Assembly: GCF_964213995.1 (NCBI RefSeq)
Contig: NC_135815.1
Location: 1,612,001-1,676,000, forward strand
DNA: 64,000 nt
Reading direction: 5' to 3'
From: Mustelus asterias
Lineage: Eukaryota
The notes beneath the pieces are model-generated. The model saw only the letters and a program-made list of their open reading frames with translations, ran no database searches and was not told where the DNA came from. Within the stretch, counting starts at the first letter, position 1; the number at the start of each line of letters is the position of its first letter. The position numbers were made by a program, and so were the translations under genes. Positions 1-12,205 of the stretch are shown here, one piece after another.

Positions 1-1115
1 CTCCATGGCTACCCTCTTGCTCTTTATATATATGTAAAAAGCCTTGGGATTTTCCTTAATCCTGCTGGCCAATGATTTTTCGCGACCCCTTTTAGCCCTC
101 CTTACTCCTTGCTTAAGTTTCTTTCTACTTTCCTTGTGTTCCACACTTGCTTCGTGTGTTCCCAGCCTCCTGGCCTTGACAAGTGCTTCCTTTTTCTCTT
201 TGACTAGGCTCACAATATCTCTCGTTATCCAAGGTTCCCAAAACTTGCCATACTTATCCTTCATCCTGACAGGAATGTGCCGGTCCTGAATCCCTATCAA
301 CTTACACTTGAAAGCCTCCCACGTGCCAGATGTTGATTTGCCCTCAAACCTCTGCCCCCACTCTACATTCTTCACTTCCTGCCTAATATTGTTGTAATTA
401 GCATTCCCCCAATTTAGAATCTTAACTTGAGGACAACACTTATCTTTATCCATCAGTACCTTAAAGCTTACTGAATTGTGGTCACTGTTCCCGAACTGCT
501 CCCCGACTGAAACATTGACCACCTGGCTGGGCTCATTCTCCAATACCAGGTCCAGTATGACCACTTCCCTAGTTGGACTATCTACATACTGTTTCAGGAA
601 GCCCTCCTGGATGCTCCTTACAAACTCTGCCCCATCCACGCCCCTAGCACTAAGTGAGTCCCAGTCAATATAGGGGAAATTGAAATCTCCCACCACAACA
701 ACCCTGTTAGTTTTACAACTTGCCAAAATCTGCCGACATATCTGTTCCTCAATCTCCCGCTGGCTGTTGGGAGGCCTATAGTAAACCCCCAACATTGTGA
801 CTACACCTTTCCTATTCCTGAGCTCTACCCATATCGCCTCGCTGTATGAGCCCTCCGAGGTGTCCTCCCGCAGTACAGCTGTGATATTCTCCTTAACCAG
901 TAGTGCAACTCCCCCACCCCTTTTTACATTCCCCTCTATCCCACCTGAAACATCTGTACCTTGAATGTTAAGCTGCCAATCCTGTCCTTCCCTTCACCAA
1001 GTCTCTGTAATGACAACAACATCATGGTTCCAAGTACTAATCCAAGCTCTAAGTTCACCTGCCTTACCTGTTACACTTCTCACATTGAAACAAATGCACT
1101 TCAGTCCACCAGACC
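1..1115 (-). mobile_element. CR1-clade LINE ORF2 5' (AP endonuclease) fragment, degenerate
   Basis: LKCICFNVRSVTGKAGEL...VVITETW; mirror of 54178-55293, which also reads GDFNFPYIDW and GNSDHN. Confidence 0.85.
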
Positions 1116-1442
1116 CTCTCTGATTAGCAATCCCACCCTGCCTGCTGTTTCTCTGAGTCTTACTGGTGTCACTGAGGTCCCAGGTTCCCCCTGAATCCTT
1201 AACCACACCAACCCCTCGCCCCGAATATATCCAACTCTGGAGATCAGAAATGAGGACAAAAAGGAATTGTCACTTGGAAAAACATCGGCGAATAATAAAT
1301 AACTAGAATCATCCAGCGCAGAAGAAGCCCTTCGGCCCATCGAGTCAGCACCGACACATTAGAAACACCTGAACTCCCACCTAATCCCATCTGCCAGCAC
1401 TTGGCCCATTGCCCTGAATGTTATGATGTGCCAAGGGCTCAC

Positions 1443-1650
1443 ATAGAAACCCTACAGTGCAGAAGGAGGCCATTCAGCCCATCGAGTCCACACCAACAAC
1501 AATCCCACCCAGCAATCCCACATATTTACCCTGCCAATTCCTCTAACCTACGCAGTCCAGGACACTAAGGGGGCAATTTAGCACGGCCAATGCACCCTAA
1601 CCAGCACATCTTTGGACTCTAGGAGGAAACTGGAGCACCCGGAGACACGA
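1443..1650 (-). mobile_element. HE1/V-SINE-type SINE fragment (mirror copy about 53650-53870)
   Basis: Shares the core gggtttcctccgggtgctcc...aaagatgtg with the SINE at 50708, plus a CR1-like tail. Confidence 0.7.
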
Positions 1651-2059
1651 CGCTTGCTGGAAGTGATAATGGGAATAATTGATCTGGAAAATGTCAGTCC
1701 AGGCACAATGGGTCAAATGATTTGAGGGCATCCCAAATACTGCTGCAGGGGTCTTAACTCCAACAAGTCCCGTTTCAGATCACCCTGAACTCCCTATCCA
1801 AGCAAAATTTAAAAATTCTGATCCTTGTTTTCCAATCCTTCCATGGCCATGACCCTCCCTATCACTGGAATCTCCTCCAATCCCACAGCCCTCCAATATA
1901 CCTACACTCCTCTGATTGGCCTCTGATGTCTCTCTGAGATGAATCACTACCATTGGTAGCTGTGCCTTGAGTCGCCTGTGTCCTAGTCTCGGGAATTCCC
2001 TCTCTACGCTACTCCTCACCACACCCTGCCTCTCTCCTCCTTTGAGACAATTCTTCGGA

Positions 2060-2430
2060 CCTTATAGAGGTCTATAAAATAATGAGGGGCATAGACAAGG
2101 TAGATAGTCAATATCTTTTCCCAAAGGTAGGGGAGTCTAAAACTACAGGGCATAGGTTTAAGGTGAGAGGGGAGAGATACAAAAGTGTCCAGAGGGGCAA
2201 TTTTTTCACACAGAGGATGGTGAGTGTCTGGAACAAGCTGCCAGAGGCAGTAGTAGAGGTGGGTACAATTTTATCTTTTAAGAAGCATTTAGACAGTTAC
2301 ATGGGTACGATGGGTATAGAGGGATATGGGCCAAAGCAGGCAATTGGGACTAGCTTAGGGGTTTAAAAACAAGGGCAGCATGGACAAGTTGGGCCGAAGG
2401 GCCTGTTTCCATGCTGTAAACCTCTATGAG
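2060..2430 (+). mobile_element. CR1 3' fragment
   Basis: MRGIDKVD...GHRFKVRG...FFTQRMVSVWNKLP, followed by a gggccgaagggcctgttt tail. Confidence 0.85.
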
Positions 2431-2713
2431 TCTCTGACCCTCACCTTTGACCAAGCCTCTTTGTCACATGACCTGACATCTCCTCATGTGGTTCTAATGC
2501 AGCACCTTGGGATGTTTCATTTTGTTAAAGGTGCGACATAAATAAAAGTTGTTGTTATCTAAATCAATAACAAACTTTTATAACCAGTCAGTTTTATAAT
2601 CTTCTGTCTCTGTTTAACACCTAAATTCTGCTGTTTGGCCTTTTCCTGTAAACACAACACTTTGTAACCTCCAGACTGGTTTTTAAATTGTTGATATTTT
2701 CCTCTTTTTAAAG

Positions 2714-3058
2714 GTGCGAGTGTTCCAGTCCTTACCCAGTCTCCGAGTGTGGAACGTGTCACAGAGGGTCAGACTGCACGGTTACAGTGCACCATGGGGA
2801 ACGCTGCAGTGACAGACACTGATGTTCACTGGCACCGGGAGCTACCTGGGAAAGATGGGGAGAGAGTTTTAACACTGGATACAGGGAATCACATACACCG
2901 GAGCCCAGGTTTCACTGAGCGTTTCCAGCCTTCCAGAGACACCTCCAATAACAGCTTCATTCTGACAATCACCATGGTGCAGCCCAGTGACACTGCCGTC
3001 TATTACTGCTCAGTGTGGGGATGGGTCTGGGGGAAAGGAAGCCGGCTGAATGTAACCA
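2714..3058 (+). CDS. Germline-joined VJ-type Ig-superfamily V-domain exon (copy A); no leader or downstream exon found in the window
   Basis: Acceptor ttttaaAG before 2714 and donor GTGAGT at 3059, both phase 1. 345 nt open frame ASVPVLTQSPSVERVTEGQTARLQC...VHWHRE...DTAVYYCSVWGWVWGKGSRLNVT, with B-strand Cys, C-strand Trp, DxAxYYC and a J-like WGxG motif. Confidence 0.9.
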
Positions 3059-3429
3059 GTGAGTAAAGTTTTATTCCAATAATCCACAGCAATAACCTCT
3101 TCCAGATGAGTGAGTTGGAGATGAGTTTGTGATGATGTGTGGGGCTTGGGGTTGCCATGGGAACAGGGAGAGGCTGAGATTGGGAAGTGTAATCGGAGCT
3201 GTTCCCCATTCAGACACACATCACTCTACACTGATCCTGCTATCCCAACTCAGATCCTCATCCCAGATATTTTCACTCATTTCCTCACACAAATGTGTTG
3301 TGTTTGCTGTGAATCAGTGATGAGCCAAACCAGTCTCACAACCTGTTAGACAAAAACATCAGGAGAACAGAGACTCTCTCACTTTAACACAGAAAGTGCC
3401 TGGTCTGTCCCTTTAAATACTCACGGGAA

Positions 3430-4647
3430 TTTGAAGAAGTGACTAGAATGGTTGACGAGGGAAGGGCCGTGGATGTCGTCTATATGGACTTTAGTAAAGC
3501 GTTTGACAAAGTCCCTCATGGTAGGTTGGTGCAAAAGGTTGATCTCATGGGATAAAGGGGGAGGTAGCTAGATGGGTGGAGAACTGGCTTGGTCACAGAA
3601 GACAGAGGGTGGTAGTGGAAGGGTCTTTTTCCGGCTGGATGCCTGTGACTAGTGGTGTTCCGCAGGGCTCTGTATTGGGACCTCTGCTGTTTGTGATTTA
3701 TGTAAACGATCTGGAAGAAGGTGTAACTGGGGTGATCAGTAAGTTTGCGGACGACACGAAAATGGCTGGACTTGCAGATAGTGAGGAACATTGTCAGAGG
3801 CTACAGAAGGATACAGATAGGCTGGAAATTTGTGCAAAGAAATGGCAGATGGAGTTCAATCCAGATAAATGCGAAGTGATGCATTTTGGTAGAACTAACA
3901 TAGGGGGGAGCTATACGATAAATGGCAGAACCATAAAGGGTGTAGATACGCAGAGGGACCTGGGTGTGCAAGTCCACAGATCCTTGAAGGTGACGTCACA
4001 GGTGGAGAAGGTGGTGAATAAGGCATATGGCATGCTTGCCTTTATACGACGGGGCATAGAGTATAAAAGTTGGGGTCTGATGTTGCAGTTGTATAGAACG
4101 TTGGTTCGGCCGCATTTGGAATACTGCGCCCAGTTCTGGTCGCCACACTACCAGAAGAATGTGGAGGCTTTAGAGAGAGTACAGAGGAGGTTTACCAGGA
4201 TGTTGCCTGGTATGGAGGGGCTTAGTTATGAGGAGAGATTGGGTAAACTGGGGTTGTTCTCACTGGAAAGATGGAGGATGAGGGGTGACCTAATAGAGGT
4301 GTATAAAATTATGAAAGGCATAGATAGGGTGAACGGTGGGAAGCTTTTTCCCAGGTCGGTGGTGACGTTCACGAGGGGTCACAGGTTCAAGGTGAGGTGG
4401 GGGGAGGTTTAACACGGATATCAGAAGGACGTATTTTACACAGAGGGTCGTGGGGGCCTGGAATGCGCTGCCGGGCAAGGTGGTGGAGGCGGACACACTG
4501 GGAACGTTTAAGACTTATCTAGATAGCCACATGAACGGAGTGGGAATGGAGGGATACAAAAGAATGGTCTAGTTGGGACCAGGGAACGGCGTGGGCTTGG
4601 AGGGCCGAAGGGCCTGTTCCTGTGCTGTATTGTTCTTTGTTCTTTGT
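3430..4647 (+). mobile_element. 5'-truncated CR1 LINE (RT domain to 3' tail), frameshifted
   Basis: SGVPQGSVLGPLLF, KFADDTK and RPHLEYC motifs; (ttctttg)n tail. Confidence 0.92.
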
Positions 4648-4904
4648 ATAAAGAGGACACTTTTAACACTCAGTATTTACACTGCTGAGGCATCCTGTTC
4701 AGTTCCCTGTGTTCACTCTACGGCACCAATAGTTTGTGGGTGCCACAAGTTTAAAATACCTGAGACAGTAACTGCTGAATAATTGAGAGAACCAGAATAC
4801 ACAACACATACATGGGTGTAAAGTGAATGGAATGTCCAATATTAATGTCATTTCCTGACAGGAGAAGGTGGTAAAGGGGCGCTGCGCACAACTTGTCCTG
4901 GTCT

Positions 4905-5337
4905 CTGTGTTCTCCAAGACGGCCTTCACGACACATGACAACGCGGAATGACTGAGCACAGACTGATAGCCAAGTCCCGCACACATGAGGACAGCCTCAA
5001 CCGGGATCTTGGGTTCATGTCACACTATCTGTTACCGCCACGACTTGCCTGGGCTTGCAAAATCTCACTAACTGTCCTGGCTGGAGACAATACACATCTC
5101 TTTAACCTGTGCTTAACCCTCTCTCCACTCACATTGTCTGTACCTTTAAGACTTGATCACCTGTAAAGACTCGCATTCCAACCATTATCTTGGTAAATTG
5201 AGTTTGGGTCTTTATATGCCCTGTTTGAGAACACAACTCCTCACTCACCTGATGAAGGAGCAGAGCTCTGAAAGCTTGTGGCTTGTGCTACCAAATAAAC
5301 CTGTTGGACTTTAACTGAATGTTGTGAGACTTCTTAC
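4905..5337 (+). mobile_element. Penelope-like element 3' fragment (GIY-YIG C-terminus plus pseudo-LTR); mirror copy about 43063-43490
   Basis: LIAKSRTHEDSLNRDLGFMSHY is homologous to the C-terminus of the 57302..58441 ORF; hammerhead-like motif at 5246-5280. Confidence 0.8.
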
Positions 5338-5889
5338 TCTATGTATTGCCAGAATGCTGCCCTAACCCATCACCACGACTGCATCTCTAAACTGAGCGAA
5401 TCAATGGTCCAAATTCCAGCCTGCTCACACTGTATCCTCAATTCCAAAGTCCATCACCACCTGCAATCTCCAATGATCCATTGTTTACCCACAATCCTGC
5501 ACCCGATTCCCAGGGAAAACCGTTTCATTTATAGGGTCCAGTGGTTAACAGGTCTCCGGGAGAGGGTTGTGGGTGGGGGGAGATTGAAGGGGATGGCCGG
5601 TGTATGTGCGAGAGCTTATCTATCAAATTACAAACAATATTCCTCCCGCTGGCAGCGGCACAAAGTTGATCCAGACTGTTTCATCTGGGCGCCTCTGCAA
5701 AGATCAGCATTTATTTCCTATCCCTAATTTCCCTTGAACTGAGTTCCTCTCAGCCATTTCAGAGGGTCTGAAGTCACGTGTAGGCCAGACCACATAAGGG
5801 CAGATTTCCTTCCCTCAAGGACATTAGTGAACCCGATGAGTTTTTGCAACAATCGATGATAGTTCCATGGTCATCGTTACTGAGACTTG

Positions 5890-6317
5890 GGGCCCGATTT
5901 TACCATTTTGATTCCAAGTGCTGAGCGGACTGGAAACTGGGAGTGTTTCAGATCCGACTTTTACACCCATTCTCAGGCGAACCATTACGCACTCTGCCTG
6001 AAACAATATCAGCGATTCCGATTCGCGCTGCACAGGCCTGTGGGCGGGGCTTAATGTGTCTGAAATCCAGCAGCTCCGCTCGGCGTCTCCAACTGCACAT
6101 GTGCAGAAGAAAAATGATAGAATGCCGATCCCCTGCCTCATCCCTCCCGAAGCAGATAATGCCTCCCCCTGGCCCCCACAGACATTGTCCCACCCCCCCC
6201 CCCCCACAACATTACTGACCCCCTTATCTCCCCACCCCCTCCCGCCACCCAGACCAATCGCGGGCCCTTCCTCCTTCCCCTCCCCCCCACTGACCTCAGG
6301 CAGAGTGGCAGCGGACA
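5890..6317. mobile_element. End of a non-autonomous DNA-transposon-like element (terminus gggcccgattttaccat); mirror copy 42083-42510
   Basis: The same terminal motif ends at 22886 and 42510, and a degenerate version starts at 32348. Confidence 0.55.
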
Positions 6318-8410
6318 CCCCTTCCATTAGAAGGGTCCCTTTCACATTATGAGAGGGACTATACCAGAAGGACGAATCATCAACCTGCCTGTCCACCCAG
6401 CCACTGGAAGGTGCTCTCTCCCTGGGAGGAGAGAGGAGAGGGAGGAAGAAAGTGAGGTTTTTCCACCTGCAGAGGGGAGGACAACACAGAACACCGGGAC
6501 ACATCACATCAAAGGTCTGGGCTGGTGCCTGAAGGAGAGCGGGGGGGGAAGAATACAAGATCATTTTCCATCAACAAGGGTGGGGGGGGTGAAGACACCC
6601 CGGACTTTGTACTGCTTGGCCCAGGAGGGCTGAAGAAGGGAATCCCCCCACGCACTGCTGCCCCCCCAACACCACCGCCCCCCCCCCCCTCCTCCTGACT
6701 GGGGCACCAGCCCTCCTCAGTGCCCTGTCCCTCATCCTCCCTCCTGCTCCTCCGTCCCCTTCTCTCCCTCTCTGACACCAGGGGGAGAATACCTGGACCC
6801 CCACCCTCCCTCATTCCCTCTCTGTCCACCAATACCTGGGCAGAGGCAGCACCCCTCCCCGCCCCCACCCCTCCCCGCCCCCACCCCTCCCCGCCCCCAC
6901 CCCTCCCCGCCCCCACCTCACCCATATCCCTTCCCTCTCTACCCCTCTCTCTGCGCCTGATTATAAAGGCCAGAGAGGCCCCTCACCCCCCCCCCCCACC
7001 CCACCCCACCCCCCCCCCCCCCCACCCCCCCAGGGATACACCCTGCCGTATATCTGGTCAGTCTCGGGGTGGGCGTAGCACCACTTGATTAACATCATGG
7101 CGACAGCACCACCGATGGCAGGGCCATTCAGGCCCACCAAAGCCCCCACCACTCCCAGGGCCCTGCCACCTTTCAGCTTTATAACCAAACAACTCGGGGT
7201 CAAGTGCTACACCCACCCCGACATGACCATTGAGGCCTGCGTTCGGACAATGGTGGGGTTGTTGACCCCTCAGCCATTGTAACGGCTTCAAAGATGTACG
7301 GGAAGGCCGTATTCTTTCTGAAGGCCGAGCGGGCGGTCCACCTCACCCTGGAAAAGGGGCTCACGGTGGGCGGGACGTTCCTGGCGGTGGACCCCCTGGA
7401 GGCCACCGCCCATCGGATTGTCATCTCGAACGTCTCGCCCTTCATCCCCGTGGAGCTCCTTCACCCCCAACTCCATCTACTGGGGGAGGTCAGGTCTGGG
7501 GTGGCACTGAACCCGCTCGGCCTTCGTGACCCAGCCCTCCGGCACGTGTACTCCTTCCAGCGCCAGGTCGATGCCCACCTTGCCCGGGAGGAGTGCCTCG
7601 AGGCGGGGTTCAATATCGCCTTTCAGGGGACCACCTACCGGGTCTTCTGGTCCGCGGACGGCGTGCGGTGCCATGCCTGTGAGGAGGCGGGGCATATTTA
7701 AAAAATCTGCCCCACATCCAAGGCCACCGACCCCCAACCCAAGGCGGCCGCAGCTGGCACCACAGCCCCCTCTCCCCCTAACCAAATACCACCTGGGCCC
7801 CCGCAAGGGGAGGCCACACCGGCAGCGGCTGCCACCTTGACTGCCAGTGGGGGGGGGGGGAGCGGAGCCTCTACGTGCCCAGAAGACCCAAGGGAAGAAG
7901 GTGAAAAAGAAGGGGAGGAATGGAACCCCGACCCCCACTGCCCCAGTCACCCCGGCAGCCGGCTCGGGGAAAATACCCACCTTCGGCCCCCTTCCAACAC
8001 CATCTACCGAGCTCGAGGACACTTCAACGCCCAGTGCTGGGCCCGGAGTCACGGGTGCGTGGGTTCCCGGGTCCGGGCAGGGGGGGGCATGCGACCCCGA
8101 GCCGGCAATAGACACACCTCCCAGGGAGGGGATGGGAAAAGCCAAGGGGCGGGGCAGGAAGGAGAGGGGCAGAGTGTGAGGGGCATCCCCTGCCAGGGAG
8201 CTGCCCCTCAAGAAGATGCACTACACCCCGGGGGAGGGGGAATCTGAGACCCGTGGGACTCCCCACACCCCCTCCCCCTAGCTTAGAGGTTGTGGAGCCC
8301 ACGCCCCTCTCCCAGTTCATACCATCCTCTGCCCCGCCCCCAGGACGGGGGCAAGAGCACGAAAAAGAAAACCGATAAAAAGAAACACGTGCTGCCGCAG
8401 TCCCCCAGGC
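6318..8410 (+). mobile_element. 5' part of a Tx1-clade LINE (5' region and disrupted ORF1), duplicated copy
   Basis: MYGKAVFFLKAERAVHLTLEKGLTVGGTFLAVDPLE...RCHACEEAGH, a Tx1 ORF1-like sequence with a CCHC knuckle; 5' edge approximate. Confidence 0.8.
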
Positions 8411-8695
8411 GGGACCCCCCCCGGGGGCTGTGTGAGGGCGGGACCCCCCCCCCCCCGGGGGCTGTGTGAGGGCGGGACCCCCCCCCCCGGGGGCTGTGTG
8501 AGGGCGGGACCCCCCCGGGGGCTGTGTGAGGGCGGGACCCCCCCCGGGGGCTGTGCGAGGGTGGGGCTCCCCGGGGGCTGTGTGAGGGCGGGACCCCCCC
8601 GGGGGCCGGTGAGGGCGGGACCCCCCCGGGGGCCGTGTGAGGGCGGGACCCCCCCGGGGGCCGTGTGAGGGCGGGACCCCCCCGGGGGCTGTGTG
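8405..8695. repeat. GC-rich minisatellite, unit about 29 bp (gggcgggacccccccgggggctgtgtga)
   Basis: About ten visible tandem units; truncated copy of 38604-40030. Confidence 0.9.
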
Positions 8696-11600
8696 AGTTT
8701 ACCCAATCTCTCCTCATAACTAAGCCCCTCCATACCAGGCAACATCCTGGTAAACCTCCTCTGCACTCTCTCTAAAGCCTCCACATCCTTCTGGTAGTGT
8801 GGCGACCAGAACTGGGCGCAGTATTCCAAATGTGGCCGAACCAACGTTCTATACAACTGCAACATCAGACCCCAACTTTTATACTCTACGCCCCGTCCTA
8901 TAAAGGCAAGCATGCCATATGCCTTCTTCACCACCTTCTCCACCTGTGACATCACTTTCAAGGATCTGTGGACTTGCACACCCAGGTCCCTCTGCGTATC
9001 TACACCCTTTATGGTTCTGCCATTTATCGTATAGCTCCCCCTTACGCTAGTTCTACCAAAATGCATCACTTCGCATTTATCTGGATTGAACTCCATCTGC
9101 CATTTCTTTGCCCAAATTTCCAGCCTATCTATATCCTCCTGTAGCCTCTGACAATGTTCCTCACTATCTGCAAGTCCAGCCATTTTCGTGTCGTCCGCAA
9201 ACTTACTGATCACCCCAGTTACACCTTCTTCCAGATCGTTTATATAAATCACAAACAGCAGAGGTCCCAATACAGAGCCCTGCGGAACACCACTAGTCAC
9301 AGGCGTCCAGCCGGAAAAAGACCCTTCCACTACCACCCTCTGTCTTCTGTGACCAAGCCAGTTCTCCACCCATCTAGCCACCTCTCCCTTTATCCCATGA
9401 GATCCAACCTTTTGCACCAACCTACCATGAGGGACTTTGTCAAACGCTTTACTAAAGTCCATATAGACTGTGTATATGACATCAACAAATCCATATACAT
9501 GGATTTGTTGATGTCATATACATGGATTTTAGTAAGGCGTTTGATAAGGTCCCCCATGGTCGGCTTATGATGAAAGTGAGGAGGTGTGGGATAGAGGGAA
9601 AGTTGGCCGATTGGATAGGTAACTGGCTGTCTGATCGAAGACAGAGGGTGGTGGTGGATGGAAAATTTTTGGATTGGAGGCAGGTTGCTAGCGGAGTGCC
9701 ACAGGGATCAGTGCTTGGTCCTCTGCTATTTGTGATTTTTATTAATGACTTAGAGGAGGGGGCTGAAGGGTGGATCAGTAAATTTGCTGATGACACCAAG
9801 ATTGGTGGAGTAGTGGGTGAGGTGGAGGGCTGTTGTAGGCTGCAAAGAGACATAGATAGGATGCAAAGCTGGGCTGAAAAATGGCAAATGGAGTTTAACC
9901 CTGATAAATGTGAGGTGATTCATTTTGGTAGGACTAATTTAAATGTGGATTACAGGGTTAAAGGTAGGGTTCTGAAGACTGTGGAGGAACAGCGAGACCT
10001 TGGGGTCCATATCCACAGATCTCTAAAGGTTGCCACTCAAGCGGATAGAGCTGTGAAGAAGGTCTATAGTGTGTTAGCTTTTATTAACAGGGGGTTGGAG
10101 TTTAAGAGACGTGGGGTTATGCTGCAACTGTACAGGATCTTGGTGAGACCACATTTGGAATATTGTGTGCAGTTCTGGTCACCTCACTATAAGAAGGATG
10201 TGGAAGCGCTGGAACGAGTGCAGAGGAGATTTACCAGGATGCTGCCTGGTTTGGAGGGTAGGTCTTATGAGGAAAGGTTGAGGGAGCTAGGGCTGTTCTC
10301 TCTGGAGCGGAGGAGGCTGAGGGGAGACTTAATAGAGGTTTATAAAATGATGAAGGGGATAGATAGAGTGAACGTTCAAAGACTATTTCCTCGGGTGGAT
10401 GGAGCTATTACAAGGGGGCATAACTATAGGGTTCGTGGTGGGAGAGATAGGAAGGATATCAGAGGTAGGTTCTTTACGCAGAGAGTGGTTGGGGTGTGGA
10501 ATGGACTGCCTGCAGTGATAGTGGAGTCAGACACTTTAGGAACATTTAAGCGGTTATTGGATAGGCACATGGAGCACACCAGGATGATAGGGAGTGGGAT
10601 AGCTTGATCTTGGTTTCAGATAAAGCTCGGCACAACATCGTGGACCGAAGGGCCTGTTCTGTGCTGTACTGTCCTATGTTCTATGTTCTATCCACGGCCC
10701 TTCCCCCGTCAACCATTCTCGTCACTTCTTCAAAAAACTCCACCAGATTAGTGAGGCATGACCTCCCTCTCACAAAACCATGCTGACTATCGTTAATGAG
10801 TTTATTCCTTTCTAAATGCGCATACATCCTATCTCTAAGAATCCTCTCCAACAACTTCCCTACCACGGACGTCAAGCTCACCGACCTATAATTTCCCGGG
10901 TTATCCTTCCTATCCTTCTTAAATAACGGGACCACATTAGCTATCCTCCAATCCTCTGGGACCTCACCTGTGTCCAGTGATGAGACAAAGATTTGCGTCA
11001 GAGGCCCAATGATTTCATCTCTCGTCTCCCTGAGCAGCCGTGGATAGATTCCATCGGGCCCTGGGGATTTGTCAGTCTTTATATCCCCTAAAAACCTAAC
11101 ACTTCCTCCCTTATCATGGAGATTTTCTCTAACGGGTCAACACTCCCCTCCGAGACACTCCCAGTCAACACATCCCTCTCCTTTGTGAATACCGACGCAA
11201 AGTATTCATGTAGGATCTCCCCTACTTCTTTGGGCTCTAAGCATAATTCCCCACTTTTGTCCCTGAGAGGTCCGATTTTTTCCCTGACAACCCTTTTGTT
11301 CCTAACGTATGAATAAAATGCCTTGGGATTCTCCTTAATCCTGTCTGCCAAGGACATTTCGTGACCCCTTTTTGCCCTTCTAATTCCTCGTTTGAGTTCT
11401 TTCCTACTTTCTTTGTATTCCTCCAGAGCTCCCTCCGTTTTTAGCTGCCTGGACCTAATGTACGCCACTCTTTTCTTTTTGACCAATCCCTCAATTTCCC
11501 TGGTTATCCACGGTTCTCGAATCCTACCCTTCCTATCCTTCTTTTTTACAGGCACATGCCTGTCCTGCAGCCCGAACAACTGTTCCTTGAAAGACTCCCA

Positions 11601-12160
11601 CATGCCAGATGTGGATTTACCCTCAAACAGCCTCTCCCAATCAACAGATGCCAATTTCTGCCTAATCCCACTAAAGTTAGCCTTCCCCCAATCCAACACC
11701 TTACCCTTGGGACACCATTCATCCTTTTCCATCACTATCCTAAAGCTAACAGAATTGTGGTCACTATTTGCCACATGTTCCCTTACCGAAACTTTGAAGA
11801 CCTGACCGGGCTCATTCCCCAGTACTAGGTCCAGTATAGCCCCCTCTCTAGTCGGGCTATCTACATATTGTTCCAAAGAACCTTCCTGTACGCATTTTAC
11901 AAATTCCTCCCCATTCAGACTCCCAGCCCTACGCGATTTCCAGTCTATACCAGGGAACTTGAAGTCTCCCACGACAACAACCCTATTTTTCCTGCACCTA
12001 TCCATTATCTCCTGACATATCCGTTCTTCCACTTCCCTTGGGCTGTTGGAGGCCTGTAGTATACCCCCAACATAGTGACTGCGCCCTTCCTGTTTCTGAG
12101 CTCCACCCACAGTGACTCTTTACACGACCCCTCTGAATTGTCCTCCTTCTGCACCGCTGT
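8696..12160 (-). mobile_element. CR1 LINE (endonuclease-RT) interrupted at 9469-10690 by a second CR1 and cut at 8696
   Basis: ORFs 11088..12110, 10681..10935 and 8317..9462 are consecutive parts of one CR1 ORF2. Confidence 0.88.
9469..10690 (+). mobile_element. Younger 5'-truncated CR1 inserted antisense into a CR1; open RT C-terminal frame (361 aa)
   Basis: ORF 9522..10607 MDFSKAFDKVPH...KFADDTK; (ctatgtt)n tail; hairpin at the 5' junction. Confidence 0.9.
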
Positions 12161-12205
12161 AACTCCTGGATAGTTAGTGGGGTTTACTCAAACATACCTG
12201 AACTG

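Larger units (their letters stand above)
1..3021. repeat. Segmental duplication block A, inverted paralog of 51779-55293; may extend left of the window
   Basis: Mirror-image ORFs (44..289 vs 55005..55250; 1780..2022 vs 53276..53518). VJ exon coordinates sum to a constant 54800. Confidence 0.9.
3478..8695. repeat. Segmental duplication block B, inverted paralog of about 39740-44922
   Basis: Mirror ORFs 5341..5727/42673..43059, 7085..7282/41179..41376 and 4573..4782/43617..43826. Ends inside the GC-rich minisatellite. Confidence 0.9.

Noticed and set aside
2714-3021. Positive selection inferred from 5 replacement versus 1 silent change between V copies A and B
   Set aside because: Six changes are too few, and the ratio is compatible with neutral expectation.
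2714-3058. Calling the VJ exons IGL, TRG, NCR3 or CD28
   Set aside because: No C1 exon, no RSS and no MYPPPY motif, and similarity is only at motif level, so no gene symbol was assigned.
3320-3358. Nonamer-like ACAAAAACA at 3350-3358 downstream of VJ exon A
   Set aside because: No CAC heptamer at 12 or 23 bp spacing.
8317-9462. Apparent fusion of an RT with a Pro/Gly repeat domain
   Set aside because: Accidental read-through across the B/D duplication junction at 8696.
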